In this document: one piece after another, positions 27,905-32,000 of the stretch
Layout of the letters: the number at the start of each line of letters is the position of its first letter
How positions within the stretch are numbered: position 1 is the stretch's first letter
Origin: Gemmata obscuriglobus
GTDB taxonomy: Bacteria; Planctomycetota; Planctomycetia; Gemmatales; Gemmataceae
Length of the DNA stretch: 32,000 nt
Direction: 5' to 3'
Assembly (NCBI RefSeq): GCF_008065095.1
Contig: NZ_CP042911.1
Coordinates: 8,010,001-8,042,000, forward strand
The notes under the pieces: generated by a model
What the model saw: the letters and a program-made list of their open reading frames with translations, nothing else
What the model was told of the DNA's origin: nothing
The model's database searches: none
Position numbers and translations under genes: made by a program

Positions 27905-28116
27905 GAACTGTCCTCAGTGCGGTCCCGAGTGCGACGGACGGTCATTACATCGGCGGGCGCTTTCTGGAGGCATAACTCCATTTTGACCCCGGCGTTGGCG
28001 GCCCGAAGATGCCGAACGCGGCACCCGAATTTTAGCTCCGTCCCGGGCAACCGATAGGCGGCCCTACAACCGGTGTTCATGGACTTTGGCCCCGGGTCAA
28101 ACACCCCAATTTACCG

Positions 28117-28145
28117 TTGACTCCTAAATCGCCTCAATCTACCAT
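28117..28145 (+). promoter_or_regulatory. Candidate sigma70-like promoter for the Cys/Gly/His-rich protein gene (TTGACT-17 nt-TACCAT)
   Basis: TTGACT at 28117-28122 and TACCAT at 28140-28145 with a 17-nt spacer, about 150 nt upstream of ATG 28295. This is sequence pattern only, and planctomycetal promoter consensus is poorly known. Confidence 0.3.
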
Positions 28146-28294
28146 CCTCACTATGAGGGTTCGACCGCCCGACTGGTTCAAGCTTCCCCACTTGCGGCAA
28201 CGACCAGAGCGACAACTTGGCAACCGTTCTGTTGCGGACATGGAGCCGTGACCGGAAGTCGTTCGCGCCGGGCGGTCTCATTGAGGGCATCGAG

Positions 28295-28723
28295 ATGTAC
28301 AGCGTTGTTCTGATGGTTGCGGCGACGTCGGGCGGCGACATGGCTGCGTTCGGTGGTAAGGACAAGGGCGGCTGCCACGGCACGGTGGTCAGCGCCGGCT
28401 GCACCGGGTCGAGCTGCCACGGGTCGAGCTGCCAGGGCGGCGGGTTCCTCGGCCTGCGGAACGGCGGCGGCCTGTTCGGCAAGCACAAGAGCGGCTGCCA
28501 CGGCAGCGAGTACGCCGGCTGCACCGGCTGCACCGGGTACACCCCGGCCCCGGCGCCGGTGGTGGTCGCCGCCCCGGCCGGCTGCACCGGCTGCACCGGG
28601 TACACTCCGGCCGGCTGCCACGGGTCGAGCTGCCACGGCGGCGGGTTCCTCGGCCTGCGTGACGGCGGCGGCCTGTTCGGCAAGAAAAAGGGCGGCTGCC
28701 ACGGCGGATGCCACGGCTGGTAA
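28295..28723 (+). CDS. Small Cys/Gly/His-rich internally repeated protein with MYSVVLM N-terminus, 142 aa
   Basis: MYSVVLMVAATSGGDMAAFGGKDKGGCHGTVVSAGCTGSSCHGSSCQGGGFLGLRNGGGLFGKHKSGCHGSEYAGCTGCTGYTPAPAPVVVAAPAGCTGCTGYTPAGCHGSSCHGGGFLGLRDGGGLFGKKKGGCHGGCHGW. It has 13 Cys, seven of them in CHG motifs. GAGGG lies 7 nt upstream of the ATG. The coding frame is supported by a terminator downstream and by a ~91-nt internal duplication that is preserved in frame. Confidence 0.75.
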   Translation: MYSVVLMVAATSGGDMAAFGGKDKGGCHGTVVSAGCTGSSCHGSSCQGGGFLGLRNGGGLFGKHKSGCHGSEYAGCTGCTGYTPAPAPVVVAAPAGCTGCTGYTPAGCHGSSCHGGGFLGLRDGGGLFGKKKGGCHGGCHGW

Positions 28724-28747
28724 GTGATCGTCTGAACAACGCGGGGT

Positions 28748-28790
28748 GGGGCCGTCCGGTGCGTCCGGGCGGCCCCGCTTGCGTTTGTGC
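28748..28790 (+). terminator. Intrinsic terminator after the Cys-rich protein gene
   Basis: GGGGCCGTCCGG (28748-28759), loop TGCGT, CCGGGCGGCCCC (28765-28776; one mismatch), followed by GCTTGCGTTTGTG. Confidence 0.55.
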
Positions 28791-28813
28791 GGTCTGTCGG
28801 ACCGGGCTATAAT
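28785..28813 (+). promoter_or_regulatory. Candidate promoter for the DUF2617-like gene (TTGTGC-17 nt-TATAAT)
   Basis: TTGTGC at 28785-28790 and a perfect TATAAT at 28808-28813 with a 17-nt spacer, 36 nt upstream of ATG 28849. Confidence 0.4.
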
Positions 28814-28848
28814 CCCTCGTCGGCTCCCGACTGAGGGCGTTTCGAATT

Positions 28849-29394
28849 ATGGGTGGCGCGCTGATCCGACCGCCGGTCGCGGAACTGCTGTTCCGACTCT
28901 ACGACCGGCCGCTCCACCCCGAGCTGTTCGACGCGGTGGCCGCCCGCGCCGTCGCCCGCGACGGCGCGCAGCTCACCGTTCGCATCACGCGCACCGGGCA
29001 CGCGCTGAGCTGGTCGCGGGGCCGCACGCACGTCGAAGAGGTCATCACGACGGCCGCGGCCGAGTTGCCCGGCGCCGGGCTGTGGCTGACCCGGCGGTTC
29101 GACGGCTCCCAGAGCCGCCGGGTCGAACTCGCCGGCGCCCGGTATCAGGTGTCGGCGCAGGTGGAGGTGCTGGCGCCCGAACAGTTCGTTCACGTCCACG
29201 CCGAGCTGCTGGCGGACGGCGCGCGGAAGGGGCTGGTGTTCCACTGCCGGGAGAACAACCGCGTGGGGCTGTCGCCGCTCGGTGCGGTGATCGCCGAGGC
29301 GCTGCCGCGGGCGCTCAGCGTTCACGCGTTCCACACGTTCCCGGACGAGTTCGCGGTGGTGAAGACGCAGTCGCTCATCGAGTACGCGGATTAG
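28849..29394 (+). CDS. Conserved hypothetical protein, DUF2617-like, 181 aa
   Basis: MGGALIRPPVAELLFRLYDRPLHPELFDAVAARAVARDGAQLTVRITRTGHALSW... HAFHTFPDEFAVVKTQSLIEYAD. The LYxRPLHPELF start and the FHTFP...VKTQSLxE end match my recollection of DUF2617. The family name is unverified. Confidence 0.6.
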   Translation: MGGALIRPPVAELLFRLYDRPLHPELFDAVAARAVARDGAQLTVRITRTGHALSWSRGRTHVEEVITTAAAELPGAGLWLTRRFDGSQSRRVELAGARYQVSAQVEVLAPEQFVHVHAELLADGARKGLVFHCRENNRVGLSPLGAVIAEALPRALSVHAFHTFPDEFAVVKTQSLIEYAD

Positions 29395-30329
29395 ACCCGG
29401 CGGCGGCGGGCCGCGATCAGGAAGCGGTTCGCGCGGTCCGTGTCCGGCCGCTCCGGGAGCGTCGTGGCCGCGAACGCCTCCTGGAACACGCGGTCCAGCT
29501 CCAGCGCCCGCGCCTCCACCGCCTCGAACGGCACGTCCCCCTTCCGGATCGCCAGCAGCTCGTCGCGGTGCTCGGCCACGTCGACGCGGATGTCGCCGTC
29601 CCGCAGCGCGTGGATGCCGCTGTGCAGCAGCCGGATCAGGTGCATCGCGTGTTTCGGCTTGTACCGCCGGTCGGTCGCGAACCCCTTCTTCATCAGCCGG
29701 AACTGCGACAGCACGTACCCGGAGTACGTGCGGTACAGGTGCTTGGACAGGAACGCGGTGCGGACGCGGCGCAGTTCGTCGCCGGTCTCGTCGGCGTGGA
29801 GCACCACCGGCGACCAGAGCGTCTCCAGGATGTTCGGGTTCGCCTGAAGTGCCAGCCGCACGAACTTCTCGATCTCCCAGTCGGTCTCCTCGACGCCGTC
29901 GCCGAAGAACTCGACCTGCTCCGGCGGCTTGGTCAGCGACCAGTGCCAGTCCGCGGGCGGCAGGAACACGCCGCGGCGGTCCTCGTCGGACGACTCGGTG
30001 GCGAGGCCGAACGCCCGCGACCCGAGCATCACGCGGTACACCACGAACGCCGACACGTCCGGCCCGGCGGTCGCCGTCGCCTCGACGCTGTGGTCCTTGC
30101 GGCGCACGAGCAACTCGCCGAACTTCAGGCGGAAGGCCGCGCCGTCGAGGAACCGCACGAGGTACGGGCGGTCGTTGGACTCGGGCGCCTCGGCCACCTC
30201 GCCCACCGTGCCGGCGAGCTTGGTCCGTTCCGTGCCGGGCACCCGGCGCTCGTACCGCAGCACCACCTGCGTCCCGACCGGGATGAGGAAGTTCGGCGGC
30301 AGGTTGTCGGCCCGGTCGGATGCGAGCAT
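29391..30329 (-). CDS. Pol-beta-superfamily nucleotidyltransferase (RlaP/YcgL-like, PF10127-type) with about 90-aa N-terminal extension, 312 aa
   Basis: ...VVYRVMLGSRAFGLATESSDEDRRGVFLPPADWHWSL... carries the GS-x-AYG-like ...D-x-D NTase motif. ...WEIEKFVRLALQANPNILETLWSP... YSGYVLSQFRLMKK... KHAMHLIRLLHSGIHALRDGDIRVDV... are typical of the predicted-nucleotidyltransferase family. It overlaps the convergent upstream gene by 4 nt. Confidence 0.7.
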   Translation of the reverse strand: MLASDRADNLPPNFLIPVGTQVVLRYERRVPGTERTKLAGTVGEVAEAPESNDRPYLVRFLDGAAFRLKFGELLVRRKDHSVEATATAGPDVSAFVVYRVMLGSRAFGLATESSDEDRRGVFLPPADWHWSLTKPPEQVEFFGDGVEETDWEIEKFVRLALQANPNILETLWSPVVLHADETGDELRRVRTAFLSKHLYRTYSGYVLSQFRLMKKGFATDRRYKPKHAMHLIRLLHSGIHALRDGDIRVDVAEHRDELLAIRKGDVPFEAVEARALELDRVFQEAFAATTLPERPDTDRANRFLIAARRRRV

Positions 30330-30408
30330 GGGGCACCACGGCGAGTTACGGGAGCGAGGACGGACACGGCGCGCCCCGGCGAAGTTCGCCCCGCGCCCGC
30401 CACACCGG

Positions 30409-31251
30409 CTACTGCGGCTGCTCCCTCTTGGCCTCGATTTCGAGCAGCTTCTTTTTGCGGTGCAGGCCGCCGGCGTAGCCGGTCAGCGTGCCGTTCGTGC
30501 CGATCACCCGGTGGCACGGGACGATCACCGCGACCGGGTTGGTGGCGCACGCCCGCGCCACCGCCCGGCACGCGTCCGGGGCACCGATCGCTTCGGCCAC
30601 CTGCTTGTAGCTCCGCGTCTCGCCGTAGGGGATCGCGAGCAGCGCGTCCCACACCCGGCGCTGGAACGCCGTAGCCCGCACGTCCAGCGGCAGGTCCAGG
30701 TGCGGTTGCGCCCCCGCCAGGTGCTTTTGAAGCTCGCCGACCCACGGGGCGAGCGGCCCGTCGGCGCGCTCGAGTGCGGCCCTCGGGAACTCCGCGCGGA
30801 GCGCCGCTTCGCCCGCCGCGTCGGTGTCGGCGAACCCGAGCCAGCAGATCCCTTTGTCCGTTGCCGCGAGAAATACCCGACCGAGCTCGCACTGCGCGGT
30901 TGTGAAGCGAATCACCAGCGCGGCCCCCTTCTGGTACTGGCCGGGCGTCATCCCGAGCTGGCCCGCGGCGCGCTCGTACAGCCGGCTGCTGGAGCCGTAC
31001 CCGGCGGCGGTCATCGCGGTCGTCACCGTGTCACCTTCTTTGAGCTTCGATTTGAGGAGCTGGAGCCGGCACGCGTCCGCGAACCGGCGCGGGCTCAGCC
31101 CGACCACCCGCGTGAACACGCGCTGGAGGTGCGCGGGGCTCAGCCCGACCTGCTGGCCGAGCTGCGCGAGTGTGCGCGGCGAATCGAGGTTCGCCCGGAT
31201 GTAGTCGCACAGTTCGCCGATCAGCGACACCGTTTCCGCGGTCGTTGGCAT
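30409..31251 (-). CDS. AraC-type HTH domain fused to methylated-DNA-[protein]-cysteine S-methyltransferase (Ada-like, lacking the N-Ada zinc domain), 280 aa
   Basis: The N-terminus, LCDYIRANLDSPRTLAQLGQQVGLSPAHLQRVFTRVVGLSPRRFADACRLQLLKSKLKEGDTVTTAMTAAGYGSSSRLYE, is an AraC HTH pair. The C-terminus, FQRRVWDALLAIPYGETRSYKQVAEAIGAPDACRAVARACATNPVAVIVPCHRVIGTNGTLTGYAGGLHRKKKLLEIE, is an Ogt domain with the PCHRV active site. GGAGG lies 5 nt upstream of the ATG. Confidence 0.88.
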   Translation of the reverse strand: MPTTAETVSLIGELCDYIRANLDSPRTLAQLGQQVGLSPAHLQRVFTRVVGLSPRRFADACRLQLLKSKLKEGDTVTTAMTAAGYGSSSRLYERAAGQLGMTPGQYQKGAALVIRFTTAQCELGRVFLAATDKGICWLGFADTDAAGEAALRAEFPRAALERADGPLAPWVGELQKHLAGAQPHLDLPLDVRATAFQRRVWDALLAIPYGETRSYKQVAEAIGAPDACRAVARACATNPVAVIVPCHRVIGTNGTLTGYAGGLHRKKKLLEIEAKREQPQ

Positions 31252-31317
31252 GGGGCCTCCGCGCTCACGATACGCGGAGGGGATCGGGGGCCGCTATCCG
31301 GTTCTTGCGCGGGCGGG

Positions 31318-31364
31318 CGAAAAGTATAAACGCAGCGGGGCGCACGGATGTCCGTGCGCCCCGC
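31318..31364 (-). terminator. Intrinsic terminator after the PQQ-like propeller gene
   Basis: On the minus strand, a GCGGGGCGCACGG / CCGTGCGCCCCGC stem (31335-31364) is followed by TGCGTTTATACTTTTCG. Confidence 0.65.
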
Positions 31365-31381
31365 TCGCGTTGACCGCCCGA

Positions 31382-32000
31382 TCAGTTCTTCTCGGGCTCT
31401 TTCTTCTCGGGCTCCTTCTTCGGCTCCGGCTCGCTCTTTGGCTCGCCGTCCTTGTTCAAGCCTTCCACCCCGCGGACCCGCTGGCGGCTCACTTCCGGCG
31501 CCGGCCACAGGTTGCGCATCGGTTTCGCGTACTTCGCGTTGGCGTCCCGGAGGCACACGATCAGCCCGTTGTTGGCCGCCAGGTAGACCCGGTCCGACGC
31601 GGTGTTCACCACGGGCACGTTGAACTCGCCGAAGTCGGCCGATCCAAGGGGCGCGGACCGATTGCTCGCAGCGTTCGTCGGGCGCTTGGCGTCGTATACC
31701 AGGAACCGGCCCTGGCGGTCGCGGACGTACACGAACTCCTCGTTCGCGCCGATCACGCGGTCGGCGCCGGCGTCGGACCGCCAGATGGTGTCGCCGGTGT
31801 CGCGGTTGAAGCACACCACCCCGCTGTTGTCGCCGGCGGCGTACACGCGGTCCTTCGAGACGAACGGGGCGTGGTTGTTCAGACCGCCGGTGGCGGCCCG
31901 CCACTTGACGTTGATGCCGCCCGCCAGGTTCCCGGTGGTGCCCGAGATGGCGACCAGGATGCCGTTGTCCAGGGGCACGTAGAGGGTGGTTCCCGCAGCG
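31382..32000 (-). CDS. PQQ-like (BamB/YxaL-type) beta-propeller repeat protein, C-terminal part; gene continues beyond the right edge
   Basis: ...TTLYVPLDNGILVAISGTTGNLAGGINVKWRAATGGLNNHAPFVSKDRVYAAGDNSGVVCFNRDTGDTIWRSDAGADRVIGANEEFVYVRDRQGRFLVYDAK...DRVYLAANNGLIVCLRD has repeated vY.....G.l.a.d..tG blades. It ends in a Lys/Glu/Pro-rich tail, with the stop at 31382-31384. The frame is open to the window end, so the ORF-track M at 31978 is an internal GTG. Confidence 0.75.
   Translation of the reverse strand, partial: AAGTTLYVPLDNGILVAISGTTGNLAGGINVKWRAATGGLNNHAPFVSKDRVYAAGDNSGVVCFNRDTGDTIWRSDAGADRVIGANEEFVYVRDRQGRFLVYDAKRPTNAASNRSAPLGSADFGEFNVPVVNTASDRVYLAANNGLIVCLRDANAKYAKPMRNLWPAPEVSRQRVRGVEGLNKDGEPKSEPEPKKEPEKKEPEKN

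Noticed and set aside
24544-28104. Long alternative ORFs over the HTTM and membrane-protein genes, for example 24711..26867 + (718 aa), 25063..26424 - (453 aa), 26522..28057 + (511 aa) and 26577..27854 - (425 aa).
   Set aside because: Their composition is Arg/Gly/Pro/Ala low-complexity without domains. The chosen frames give coherent TM helices and family motifs.
28405-28704. The ~91-nt direct repeat inside the Cys-rich gene as a diversity-generating-retroelement TR/VR pair.
   Set aside because: The six differences between the copies are not adenine-specific (G/C, G/T, A/G, C/A, C/A, A/G). Both copies are in the same ORF, and no reverse transcriptase is nearby. It is an ordinary internal duplication.
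28111-28739. Four alternative-frame ORFs overlapping the Cys-rich gene (28111..28683 -, 28178..28714 -, 28317..28727 +, 28389..28739 -).
   Set aside because: They are products of the same GC-rich repetitive DNA. Only the frame starting MYSVVLM has an SD-like GAGGG, a family-like N-terminus and a downstream terminator. Without homology data, confidence in the chosen frame is still only moderate.
28746-30674. The 642-aa + ORF and the 510-aa - ORF (28807..30339) spanning the DUF2617-like and nucleotidyltransferase genes.
   Set aside because: They are shadow ORFs with Arg/Pro/Gly-rich translations. The shorter frames chosen carry recognisable motifs (LYDRPLHPELF; GSRAFG...SDED).

Overview
High-GC window that looks planctomycetal, probably Gemmataceae-like. 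That is an inference from the TDAGVKELAALKGLT-type LRR repeats, a MYSVVLM Cys/Gly/His-rich small protein and an HTTM membrane protein. It has three parts. (1) 1-12312 is one very large CRISPR array on the + strand with a 36-nt repeat, GTTCTCCGCGGCTCATAGCCGCGGCCGAATTGAAGC. I parsed 169 full repeats and 168 internal spacers by hand. The array runs off the left edge, and there are no cas genes in the window. Every ORF-track entry inside it is a translation artefact of the repeat. (2) 12345-18196 is an IS pile-up directly at the array's right end. An ISAs1-family element sits inside an ISAzo13-like element, which sits inside an IS630-family element. A single-ORF IS66-family element lies 400 bp further on. 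Both the IS630 and the IS66 element interrupt one leucine-rich-repeat gene, whose 5' part is missing. (3) 19.1-32 kb holds ordinary chromosomal genes: an EfpL/YeiP-like EF-P paralog, a secreted alpha/beta-hydrolase, an alkaline-phosphatase-family protein, a minus-strand run of polytopic membrane protein, HTTM protein and DUF3467, a divergent Cys/Gly/His-rich repeat protein, a DUF2617-like protein, an RlaP/YcgL-type nucleotidyltransferase, an AraC-Ogt fusion and a partial PQQ-like beta-propeller protein. The points most worth follow-up are: the size, spacer heterogeneity and abrupt right boundary of the array; the three-level nested IS; a ~200-bp low-GC foldback between convergent genes; and the HTTM gene run together with its divergent Cys-rich protein as a possible uncharacterised envelope module. 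I found no tRNA or rRNA genes. All coordinates and counts come from manual reading and could be off by a few nt or by one or two repeat units.
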